A stretch of DNA of 64,000 nucleotides. It comes from Octopus sinensis. Lineage: Eukaryota. Both the position numbers and the translations under genes were made by a program. Each line of letters begins with the position of its first letter. Position 1 is the first letter of the stretch. Shown here piece by piece: positions 1-11,255 of the stretch. The notes beneath the pieces were generated by a model. That model had not been told where the DNA came from and did no database searches. It saw only the letters and a program-made list of their open reading frames with translations. The DNA is taken from positions 149,172,001-149,236,000 of the forward strand of contig NC_043000.1 in the NCBI RefSeq assembly GCF_006345805.1. The letters are read 5' to 3'.

Positions 1-1788
1 GGAAACTAGGGATAGAAATGGCTGGTGAGGGCTGTGCAAGCCATGTACAGAGATGCCGTAAGTAAGGTTAGAGTTGGCAGCATGTACACAGAAGAATTCA
101 AGGTAGAGGTTGGGGTCCACCAGGGTTCAGTACTCAGCCCCCTCCTATTTATCATAGTCCTCCAGGCAATTGTGGAGGAATTCAAGACAGGTTGCCCCTG
201 GGAGCTCCTCTATGCTGACGACCTCGCTCTAATCGCTGAGTCACTATCAGAACTGGAGGAGAAGTTCCAGGTGTGGAAGGAGGGTTTAGAATCGAGGGGC
301 CTTAGAGTCAACCTAGCTAAAACCAAAGTACTAATAAGTAGAAAGTTAGAAAATCCACAAATATCCTCAGGAAGATGGCCCTGCTCGATCTGTAGAAAAG
401 GTGTAGGTAGAAACTCTATAAGATGTACCCAGTGTAAGCTATGGACACATAAGAGGTGCAGCAATGTCAAAGGTAGGCTAACTGGGAAGATAGTTTTTGT
501 ATGTGGCAGATGCTCTGGAGCATTGACCTCCGAAAATCTGCAGAAAACAACTTCCGTCACTTTCCGGGGGAAAAACTAGAAGTAGTTGATAGCTTCCGCT
601 ATCTAGGTGACCAAGTCAGTAGTGGGGGCGGGTGCGCTGAAAGTGTAACTGCTAGAATAAGAATAGCCTGGGCAAAGTTTAGGGAGCTCTTACCTCTGCT
701 GGTGACTAAAGGCCTCTCGCTCAGAGTAAAAGCAGACTGTATGATGCATGTGTACGAACAGCTATGCTACATGGCAGTGAACATGGGCCGTGACTGCTGA
801 GGACATGCGTAAGCTTGTGAGGAACGAAGCCAGTATGCTCCGATGGATGTGTAATGTCAGTGTACTTACTCGACAGAGCGTTAGTACCTTGAGAGAAATG
901 TTGTACCTAAGAAGCATCAGTTGTTGTGTGCAGAGAGACGATTGCGCTGGTATGGTCATGTGGCGAGAATGGATGAAGATAGGTGTGTGAGAAAGTGCCA
1001 ATCCCTAGCAGTTGAGGGAACCCGTGGAAGAGGTAGACCCAGGAAAACCTGGGACGAAGTGGTGAAGCACGACCTTCGGACGTTAGGTCTCACCATGGAA
1101 ATGACTAGAGACCGAGACCTATGGAAGTATGCTGTGCGTGAGAAGACCCGGCAAGACTAGTGAAGCCATAATCCGTGGCCCCTACCTGGGACGTAGTCAG
1201 TCCACCTGTGCATACCTTCCTTCTTGTGACACTTGTGAAGACCTGTTGAGGCAAGTGAGAATCGAATCGATCATCAAATCAAATCGAACCAAATCAAAAT
1301 AGATGAACATCAATGGAATTTGTATCCTTGTGGTACCAGTGCCGGTGGCACATAAGAAAACCATCCGAACGTGATCGTAGCCAGTACCGCAACGACTGGC
1401 CTCCGTGCTGAGGGCACATAACAAACACCATCCGAGCGTGGCCGTCCGCCAGCCCCGTCTGGCACCTGTGTCGGTGACACATAAGAAAACACCATCCGAG
1501 CGTGGCCGTCAGCCAGCCTCGTCTGGCACCTGTGTCGGTGGCACATAAAAAACACCATCCGAGCGTGGCCGTCTGCCAGCCTCGTCTGGCACCTGTGTCG
1601 GTGGCACATAAAATCACCCACTACACTCTCGGAGTGGTTGGCGTTAGGAAGGGCATCCAGCTGTAGAAACACACTGCCAGATCTGACTGGCCTGGTGCAG
1701 CCTTCGGGCTTGCCAGACCCCAGTTGAACCGTCCAACCCATGCTAGCATGGAAAGCGGACGTTAAACGATGATGATGATGATGATGAT
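1..1788 (+). mobile_element. RTE-clade LINE, 3' part (RT C-half, PHD finger, C-terminal domain, 3'UTR, (GAT)n tail); runs off the window start
   Basis: ORF segments carry HQGSVLSPLLF, LLYADD and RRLRWYGHV...RGRGRPRKTW; broken by 1-nt deletions; ends ...GGACGTTAAAC(GAT)n. Confidence 0.95.
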
Positions 1789-2169
1789 ATAAATATATAT
1801 TATATAATTATATAATATATATAATATATAGACATATATATATATAGTATATATATTATATAACATTTATATAATATATATATATACATTTATATATATA
1901 TATATTATATCTTATTATATATATATGTATGTATGTATGTATATATATACACTTTTAAGACGTACATAGCCTTGCAGCAATTTGAACATGCTCTATGGTG
2001 CTGCATAATGAACTACATTTTAAGCTTACTAAATTATCATTAAAAGAATTTACTTAAATTTGGTCGCCATATTGAAAAAGGCATAACTCATATAAAAAGA
2101 AAATATATTCTTCACATGAATATGCTTCTATATTAATGTTAGTTTGAAATTTCTAGAAATGTGCTATGT

Positions 2170-2558
2170 CTGAGGCACATAAAAAGCACCATTCGAGCGT
2201 GATCGTTACCAGCATCACCTTACTGGCACTTGTGCTGCTGGCACATGAAAAAAACATTTGAGCGAGGTCATTGCCAGTTCCGTTGGACTGGCTCCTGTGG
2301 AGGTGGCATGTAAAAAAACACCATTTGAGCGTGGCCATTGCCAGTACTGCCTGACTAGCCCTCATACCAGTGGCACGTAAAAGCACCCACTAATCTACTC
2401 TCGGAGTGGTTGGCTTTAGGAAGGGCATCCAGCTGTAGAAACTCTGCCAGATCAAGATTGAAGCCTGGTGCAGCCATCTGGTTCTCCAGCCCTCAGTCAA
2501 ATCGTCCAACCCATGCTAGCATGGAAAGCGGACGTTAAACGATGATGATGATGATATG
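2170..2558 (+). mobile_element. RTE 3'UTR tail-only copy
   Basis: Ends CCATGCTAGCATGGAAAGCGGACGTTAAAC(GAT)n. Confidence 0.85.
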
Positions 2559-3340
2559 ACAGTGTTTCTCAACCTTTTGTTGGCTCAGTTTCCTCTTTCA
2601 CAGAATGGCATTTATAAATGTCCCTCAACATGTTTTACATTGAAACAAGCAAATAAAAATCAACAGATTTTTTTTTAATCAAACAGAAACTGATTTTGCT
2701 CTGTGGTTTACTATCCTGCCCAACAGGTGCCTCTTTTCAGATATTTGCATGGAGCAGTTCCACCTGTATAAAATTTTTATGAGAATTACTAAAGAAAGTG
2801 AGGACTTATGTAGTGAAATTATATTAGACCTTGATGCATCATTGTTCATGCTTTTTGTTAGTGAATACAATGCCATTCAGACAAAAAAAAAAATCCAAAT
2901 GTGTTTAAAATATAAATATTATACCAAGCATCAATATTTTATTTGAAGTAAACCATGATCCCTCTAAACACCTAGTACCCTCTAGATATCTGCTACTGCA
3001 CAGTGAGCTAATAGTGCCTCCTACAGGGCACTACTCCTAAGTTAAGAAATACTGTTTTAACTATTTTGATATCAACTGATAAAACCAGACTATTTCTGGT
3101 TCTATGATACAAAATCATTCATTTTGAAGCATAAGACCTTTTTAAATTATTTTCCAAAGAGTAGTTTTAATACACCAACAAATAATAAAAATGATTTATT
3201 GTATTAAACCTTTGTAAGTTCTTATTTATTTTCAAAATCAATTGAAAGATAAGTAGAATATTTTTTAAGAAATATAGTCATAAAAAGGTAAAATAGATAA
3301 ATAATATCTTACTATTGTAATTTTTATTTTCATACTGTGT

Positions 3341-3765
3341 TCATCATCATTGTTCGACTGTGGTCAAGACAATGGAATTTACTATGTTATGCCAGACTTC
3401 ATGGTCCATCATAGCATTACGGATGTCCTGTTGCTGGATGCTTGTATCCCTGGAGATTACATCGGGGTAGGAGAGTGTGTGCCCTCTGGTATCGTGAGCA
3501 GATGGCTTCCAGAGGAGAAGAGTAGAAATTGCCTCGTTTTCAGCTCTACAACAATGTCCAGCAAACTGGACTCTTCTACCTTTCACAAGAGATGACACAG
3601 GTGGTAGTTTCCCATATATTTGTACTTTGGTTGGATGACGCTTCCACAAGAGATTTTGAGCTCTCATAAGGAGGCGAGTGTAAGTTCCATCCAACCGCCT
3701 CTCAAGCTTCTTTGATAACGTCCAGGTTTCTGAGCCATATAGTAGAATTACTATATACTGTGTTA
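3341..3765 (-). mobile_element. 3' fragment of a second RTE-like LINE family
   Basis: DGTYTRLLMRAQNLLWKRH...RRVQFAGHCCR C-terminal LINE motif; (GAT)n-type tail at 3341-3350. Confidence 0.7.
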
Positions 3766-3996
3766 GTGTATTTCAAATTTCTTTAATAGTTGTTAAATTA
3801 ACACCAATATGCAAATTAGCATGCCTTTGTATGAGTAATATGTCTTTTTCTCCTTAGAAAATAATTTTTCAAACTTGGTTTTATAGCAAAATGACTTTGG
3901 TGAACTGAGATGATAGTATAACTCTTAACTTCCTGTATGATTCAGTACTGCATAAGACAACATCAGTCAGCCTGTCCCGAAATGCATAATATAACA

Positions 3997-4384
3997 TGTG
4001 GAAGCACTCCGTCGGTTACGACGATGAGGGTTCCGGTTGATCCGAATCAACGGAACAGCCTGCTCGTGAAATTAACGTGTAAGTGGCTGAGCACTCCACA
4101 GACACGTGTACCCTTAACGTAGTTCTCGGGGATATTCAGCGTGACACAGAGAGTGACATTGTCGGCCCTTTGAAATACAGGTACAACAGAAACAGGAAGT
4201 AAGAGTGAGAGAAAGTTGTGGTGAAAGAGTACAGCAGGGATCACCACCATCCCCTGCCTGAGCCTCATGGAGCTTTTAGGTGTTTTCGCTCAATAAACAC
4301 TCACAACGCCCGGTCTGGGAAGGGAAACCGCGAACCTATGACCGCGAGTCCGCTGCCCTAACCACTGGGCCATTGCGCCTCCAC
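3997..4384 (-). mobile_element. SINE family C (tRNA-derived head GGAGGCGCAATGGCCCAGTGGTTAGGGCAGCGGACTCGC)
   Basis: Box A/B-like motifs; TSD CATAATATAACA. Confidence 0.88.
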
Positions 4385-4871
4385 ATAATATAACAAGAAC
4401 CGTACTAACCATGTTCACATCATTTGAAGGAAGTGAGGAACTTCCTATTTTAAGGAAGAAAACTCTAATCCCTTCTGTCATTCATTTCTGCTCTGTAACA
4501 GAATCACTACATGACTGGACATTTGACATAATCTTTGGCAGGATGTTAAGAGTTAATCTGATTTGGCTCTCAGTTTTATACTTTGACTACACAGTCAAAA
4601 ACTGGGGTACATTCTCTGATTTCACAGTAAAATTATATTTTAAACAAAAATGTACTTCGGGATAATAATTTTAATTTTGAAGCTGTGCTGTTGTTTTATT
4701 AGTAAAAAATGGAAGGTGGCTGTGTGGTAAGTAGCTTGCTAACCAACCACATGGTTCCGGGTTCAGTCCCACTGCGTGGCATCTTGGGCAAGTGTCTTCT
4801 GCTATAGCCCCGGGCCAACCAATGCCTTGTGAGTGGATTTGGTAGACGGAAACTGAAAGAAGCCTGTCGTA

Positions 4872-4926
<55 letters not shown>

Positions 4927-4936
4927 TATATAGAAG

Positions 4937-4986
4937 GAGCTTCTACAGGACTAGAACTGTTTCATTCAAGAGAAATCTTCAGGAAG
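4937..4986 (-). ncRNA. Hammerhead ribozyme copy on the inverted arm
   Basis: Reverse complement reads CTTC-CTGAAGA-TTTCTCTTGAAT-GAA-ACAG...CTGT-A-GAAG; complete core, 4-bp stem I. Confidence 0.7.
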
Positions 4987-5162
4987 ATTTCTCTTGAATG
5001 AAACAGTTCTAGTCCTGTAGAAGCTCCTTCTATATAATAAATTAATTTTACTCTGCTATGTATTGAGTACCTTATTTACTGTGGTTAACCCCGAATCAAC
5101 CCGGGACCTACATATCCTAGCACACCCCAGTGCCCTTATAACCATCACCAAGAAAAAATGCT

Positions 5163-5215
5163 GAGCTTCCTGAAGATTTCTCTTGAATGAAACAGTTCTA
5201 GTCCTGTAGAAGCTC
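5163..5215 (+). ncRNA. Type I hammerhead ribozyme
   Basis: Stem I GAGCTTC(5163-69)/GAAGCTC(5209-15); core CTGAAGA; stem II T-TTC-TCTT-GAA-T; GAA; stem III ACAG/CTGT with 8-nt loop; GUA cleavage triplet (after 5208). Confidence 0.82.
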
Positions 5216-5301
5216 CTTCTATATAATAAATTAATTTTACTCTGCTATGTATTGAGTACCTTATTTACTGTGGTTAACCCCGAATCAACCCGGGACCTAC
5301 A

Positions 5302-5338
<37 letters not shown>

Positions 5339-5703
5339 ATGTTTGTGCGTCTGTGTTTGTCCCTCTAGCATTGCTTGACAACCGATGCTGGTGTGTTTAT
5401 GTCCCCGTCACCTAGCGGTTCGGCAAAAGAGACCGATAGAATAAGTACTGGGCTTACAAAGAATAAGTCCCGGGGGGTCGATTTGCTTGACTAAAGGCGG
5501 TGCTCCAGCATGGCCGCAGTCAAATGACTGAAACAAGTAAAAGAGTAAAGAGTATAAATGATAAATAGTAAATGAAACAAAAGAAAGATCACAGTTAAGC
5601 TAGAGGAGCTGTTTCAGAGAAAACAAAGCTTAAGAATGGCGCATATTCAAGCATTCCCATCAAAGAGTTATGTATTATGGGATTAATTTAGTCAAATTAA
5701 TGC

Positions 5704-5930
5704 TTAACTCTTAAGCATTCAGTTTAGTCTGTCCAATGTAATGCATATTTATCCACATTGTTTTGAAGTAATCATGCATTAGATTGTAACTTTGGGATTT
5801 CAATGATGTGATTGTTCATTTTAGAATGACATTAAAGGGTAGGTGTGAAAGGTGGGATCTGGCCTGTTTAAACATAAAACAAGTAGGATATTTGTGTTTG
5901 ATACGGCTGGTTTAAATGCTCAAGTGTTAG
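5704..5930. mobile_element. Second MITE-like family with TTAA-type ends (related copy at about 43710-43923)
   Basis: Imperfect TIR TTAACTCTTAAGCATT/AATGCTCAAGTGTTA; shared internal GATTTCAATG...TTTTTAGAATGAC sequence. Confidence 0.55.
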
Positions 5931-6060
5931 ATATCCATGTAATGAAAGCTGACCTTCATTTTTGCAATATAATAGGGGATTGCTTTCAGTGACCAGGAGT
6001 AAGAATATTTGTTAATTTCTGCTAAAATCAAACGAAAAGATCAATTGTAAAAATCTTTCC

Positions 6061-6273
6061 TTAACCCTTTCGTTACTGTATTTAGTTTGAGAGGCTCTGT
6101 GTTTTTTTCAATTAATTTTAAATATAACAAAGAATTTAGTAAAATAACTTAGTTATCGTTCAGCTAGTGTTAGGAGCATAAATTGTGACTAAGTTTTGGT
6201 GGAAGATTTTAATTCAAAACTTATGAAATCAAGATTTTTTACTGAAAGCCAGAGCTGGTAACGAAAGAGTTAA
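6061..6273. mobile_element. piggyBac-like MITE
   Basis: TTAA|CCCTTTCGTTAC...GTAACGAAAGAG|TTAA. Confidence 0.8.
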
Positions 6274-7134
6274 ATCTTTCTTAATAAATTTTAAGAAATT
6301 ATTTGTAGTAGTTCTGAACTCATTAACGTTTCCTTAGCCTATCAAGGTAAAATGTATATGACACTCCTTCACATTTGATGAGTTGACACTCACTCAACTG
6401 TAAAAAACACCTGCTCTAACAATACTGGTTTTCAATAGAGGAACATGATGTAAAAGAAGCTCTAAAAAGAAAGAAATATAAAAAAAAAATTTTTAAATGA
6501 ATAAACACATGTCAGTTCTCCCTATAGATTACTATTAATATTTCTTTTACCTGCTATATTTGCTTTCATAAACATGTTTGTATCAATGAACTATTTGCTG
6601 CTGCTGCTGCTGCTGCTGCTGCTACTTTATATTCCAGAATGTTGCAGTATTTGTTCATGGGAGAATTTGAACTTAGTACTGCAGGCTGTTGTTGTTGTTG
6701 TTGTTGTTTGGCTTCAGGTCAGTCCTAATTGCAGAGGCTTATGGCATATAGGTAATCAGTCTGCCAAAAGGCAAGGTGTGGCGGGTAATTTTACTGTGAA
6801 ATTAAACTCAGAGAACATGCAATAAGTTTTTTTGGTAGTACAATGAAGACATCAAACTTGCTGCAGAATCAGACTTTAAACAGCCATCAAAGTTCTCTTA
6901 GGTTATGTTGCCATGGCCCCTGTACAGGTGGCACGTACAAAGCACCCACTACACTCTCAGAGTGGTTGGCGTTAGGAAGGGCATCCAGCTGTAGAAACTC
7001 TGCCAGGTCAAGATTGGAGCCTAGTGCAGCCCTCAGTCAAAATCGTCCAACCCATGGAAAGCGGACATTAAATGATGATGATGATGATGATGAATCCCTA
7101 TATGTAAACAACAGCTTCAAATATATATTTATTT

Positions 7135-8056
7135 ATTGCCCACAAGGGGCTAAACATAGAGGGGACAAACAAGGAGAGACAAAGGGATTAAGTCGATTAC
7201 GTCAACCCCAGTGCAAAACTGGTACTTTATTTATCGACCCCGAAAGGATGAAAGGCAAAGTTGACCTCGGCGGAATTTGAACTCAGAACGTAACGACAGA
7301 CGAAATACCGTTAAGTATTTCGCCCGGCGCGCTAACGTTTCTGCCAGCTCGCCTCAAAGTTCTCTTAGGTTATGTTGCCATATTACCAAGAAGGAATCCC
7401 TTTATATAAACAACTGCTTCAAATATATTATTGCTTTGCTGTAACCACACTGCAGATTCTGACATTCAGTGGTTAATTGTATTAGGGTGCACACTGGCAG
7501 TATGAACATGTCCCCTCAGTTCCCACTTGCCTGTTGCTATGTTTGTGTTGCTCAGTTCTGATTGAGAAGACTTATGATTAAAGGTATTTCAGCCATAACT
7601 ATCTTGCTCTTTCTGTATATTTAGAACCAGTCACACACATATACATATATCTCTTTCTCTTTTCTTTTACTTGTTTCAGTCATTTGACTGTGGCCATGCT
7701 GGAGCACCACCTTTAGTCGAGCAGATCGACCCTGGACTTATTCTTTGTAAGCCCAGTACTTATTCTATCGGTCTCTTTTGCTGAACTGCTAAGTGACGGG
7801 GACATAAACACACCAGCATCGGTTGTCAAGGGGAACAAACACAGACACACAAACATATACACATCATCATCATCATCATCATCGTTTAACGTCCGTTCTC
7901 CATGCTAGCATGGGTTGGACGGTTCGACCGGGGATCTGGAAGCCAGAAGGCTGCACCAGGCTCCAGTCTTATCTGGCAGTGTTTCTACAGCTGGATGCCC
8001 TTCCTAACGCCATACATATATATATACACACATACATATATATATATATATTATAT

Positions 8057-8114
<58 letters not shown>

Positions 8115-9618
8115 ATATATACATATATACGACAGGCTTCTTTCAGTTTCCGTCTACCAAATCCACTCACAAAGCATTGGTCGGCCCGGGGCTATAGCAG
8201 AAGACACCTGCCCAAGATGCCACGCAGTGGGACTGAACCCGGAACCATGTGGTTGGTAAGCAAGCTACTTACCACACAGCCACTCCTGCGCCTATATACA
8301 GTCACAAATTCATACATGTGTGTGTGTGTACACACATGCACATCCATACACACAATGGGTTTCTTTTAATTTCTGTCTATCAAATCCACTCACAAAGCTT
8401 TTAGTCAAGCGCAATACCAGAAGACATTTCTCCAAGGTACTTTGTAGTGGGATTGAACCGAAAACCATGTGATTGCAAAGTGAAATTCATAATCTCATAG
8501 CCATACCTGCACTTACTACAGATGAGATATATTGGTTTCAAATTTTGGCACAAGGCCAGCAATTATGAGGCAAAGGGCTAGTTGATTACATTGGTCCCAG
8601 TACTCAACTAGTACTTATTTTATTGACCCTTAATTAAGCTGATAATACAGTGAGACTTTGGTAGCAAGTGGGTATAAGGGCTGCATCACCTATATATGTA
8701 TATATTTTAATTGTCCACAGGGAGCTAAACACACAGGAGACAACAAGGACAGACAAAGGATTAAGTCGATTACGTCAACCCCAGTGCAAAACTGGTATTT
8801 TATTTATCGACCCCGAAAGGATGAAAGGCAAAGTTGACCTCGGCGGAATTTGAACTCAGAACGTAATGACAGATGAAATACCGTTAAGTATTTCGCCCGG
8901 CGCGCTAACGTTTCTGCCAGCTCGCCTCAAAGTTCTCTTAGGTTATGTTGCCATATTACCAAGAAGGAATCCCTTTATATAAACAACTGCTTCAAATATA
9001 TTATTGCTTTGCTGTAACCACACTGCAGATTCTGACATTCAGTGGTTAATTGTATTAGGGTGCACACTGGCAGTATGAACATGTCCCCTCAGTTCCCACT
9101 TGCCTGTTGCTATGTTTGTGTTGCTCAGTTCTGATTGAGAAGACTTATGATTAAAGGTATTTCAGCCATAACTATCTTGCTCTTTCTGTATATTTAGAAC
9201 CAGTCACACACATATACATATATCTCTTTCTCTTTTCTTTTACTTGTTTCAGTCATTTGACTGTGGCCATGCTGGAGCACCACCTTTAGTCGAGCAGATC
9301 GACCCTGGGACTTATTCTTTGTAAGCCCAGTACTTATTCTATCGGTCTCTTTTGCTGAACTGCTAAGTGACGGGGACATAAACACACCAGCATCGGTTGT
9401 CAAGGGGAACAAACACAGACACACAAACATATACACATCATCATCATCATCATCATCGTTTAACGTCCGTTCTCCATGCTAGCATGGGTTGGACGGTTCG
9501 ACCGGGGATCTGGGAAGCCAGAAGGCTGCACCAGGCTCCAGTCTTATCTGGCAGTGTTTCTACAGCTGGATGCCCTTCCTAACGCCATACATATATATAT
9601 ACACACATACATACATAT

Positions 9619-9688
<70 letters not shown>

Positions 9689-10330
9689 CATATATACGAC
9701 AGGCTTATTTCAGTTTCCGTCTACCAAATCCACTCACAAAGCATTGGTCGGCCCGGGGCTATAGCAGAAGACACTTGCCCAAGATGCCACGCAGTGGGAC
9801 TGAACCCGGAACCATGTGGTTGGTAAGCAAGCTACTTACCACACAGCCACTCCTGCGCCTATATACAGTCACAAATTCATACATGTGTGTGTGTGTACAC
9901 ACATGCACATCCATACACACAATGGGTTTCTTTTAATTTCTGTCTATCAAATCCACTCACAAAGCTTTTAGTCAAGCGCAATACCAGAAGACATTTCTCC
10001 AAGGTACTTTGTAGTGGGATTGAACCGAAAACCATGTGATTGCAAAGTGAAATTCATAATCTCATAGCCATACCTGCACTTACTACAGATGAGATATATT
10101 GGTTTCAAATTTTGGCACAAGGCCAGCAATTATGAGGCAAAGGGCTAGTTGATTACATTGGTCCCAGTACTCAACTAGTACTTATTTTATTGACCCTTAA
10201 TTAAGCTGATAATACAGTGAGACTTTGGTAGCAAGTGGGTATAAGGGCTGCATCACCTATATATGTATATATTTTAATTGTCCACAGGGAGCTAAACACA
10301 CAGGAGACAAACAAGGACAGACAAAGGGAT
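7135..10330 (+). repeat. Tandem duplication, about 1.57-kb unit x2
   Basis: Unique sequence is repeated, e.g. GATAATACAGTGAGACTTTGG at 8641 and 10208; breakpoints fall in SINE-B copies. Confidence 0.9.
7660..8293 (-). mobile_element. SINE family A with a nested RTE tail (duplicated at 9233-9860)
   Basis: Reverse complement of the family A consensus; RTE tail at 7862-8010. Confidence 0.88.
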
Positions 10331-10682
10331 TAAGTCAGTTACATCGGCCCCAGTGCGTAACTGGTACTTATTTAATCGACCCCGAAAGGATGAAAGGCAA
10401 AGTCGACCTCGGTGGAAAGTGAACTCAGAACATAATGGCAGATGAAATACCTATTTCTTTACTACCCACAAGGGGCTAAACACACTGAGGACAAACAAGG
10501 AGAACCAAATGGATTAAGTCGATTATATCGACCCCAGTGCATAACTGCTACTTAATTTATTGACCCCGAAAGGATGAAAGGCAAAGTCGACCTCGGCGGA
10601 ATTTGAACTCAGAACATAACGGCAGACGAAATACCGTTAAGCATTTCGCCAGGTGTGCTAACGATTCTGCCAGCTCGCCGCC
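10262..10682 (-). mobile_element. SINE family B dimer
   Basis: Family B (GGCGAGCTGGCAGAAAC...GAGTTCAAATTCC...GCCTTTCATCCTTTCGGGGTCGAT) twice; TSD TGCATCACCTATATA. Confidence 0.88.
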
Positions 10683-11255
10683 ATTGCATCACCTATATAG
10701 TCTAGCAAAATCCTTCTCAAGGTTTTGGTTGGCCTGGGGCTGTAGTAGAAGACAGTTACCCAAGGTACCATACAATCAGACTGAACCCAGAACCATGTGG
10801 TTGGGAATGCAACTTCTTACCACCCGGCCATGCCTTTTACTTGTCTTTTTTTATTTGTTGCAGTCATTGGACTGTGACCATGCTGGGGCACCACCTTGAA
10901 AGGTTGTTTAGTTGAACAAATCAACCTCAGTACTTATTATTTAGTTTGGTACTTATTCTATCTGTCTCTTTTGCTGAGCTGCTAAGTTGCAGGAAAGTAA
11001 ACAAACCAACACCAGCTGACAAGTAGTGTGTGTGTGTGTGCAAGTGTGCCACATACATGCACACACACACGCACACACACACACACACACACACATACAC
11101 ACACACACACATAATGGGCTTCCTGCAATTTCTGTCTACCAAATTCACACACAAACTCAGCCTGGGGTGGGGAGTATAGTACAAGACACTTCCTCAAGGT
11201 GCCAAGCAGTGAGATTGAACCCAAAGCCACATGGTTAGAAAGTGATCCTCTTAAA

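Larger units (their letters stand above)
4921..5300. mobile_element. Retrozyme/PLE-pLTR-like insert: 189-nt direct repeat with hammerheads and an inverted 60-bp 5' arm, inside the (TA)n of a SINE
   Basis: 4983-5113 repeats at 5172-5300 (period 189); 4921-5042 is a perfect palindrome with a 2-nt loop. Confidence 0.8.
4711..5553 (+). mobile_element. SINE family A (tRNA-derived head, CCTTGGGCAAG CORE-like segment, internal (TA)n/(TG)n), interrupted by the hammerhead insert
   Basis: GTGGCTGTGTGGTAAG box A-like, GGTTCAGTCCC box B-like; tail TGACTGAAACAAGTAAAAGAG. Confidence 0.88.

Noticed and set aside
561-580. Programmed -1 frameshift at GGGGGAAAAAC in the RTE ORF
   Set aside because: It does not fit an in-frame X XXY YYZ heptamer, and an older copy keeps the frame without a shift.
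1340-1620. Regularly spaced ~50-nt repeats with hairpins that look CRISPR-like (also 52910-53160 and 58253-58500)
   Set aside because: There are no unique spacers, the units are contiguous, there are no cas genes, and they are part of a eukaryotic LINE 3'UTR.
6596-6710. (CTG)n and (GTT)n runs giving poly-Leu/poly-Val ORF 6574-6825
   Set aside because: Simple intronic trinucleotide repeats with no coding support.
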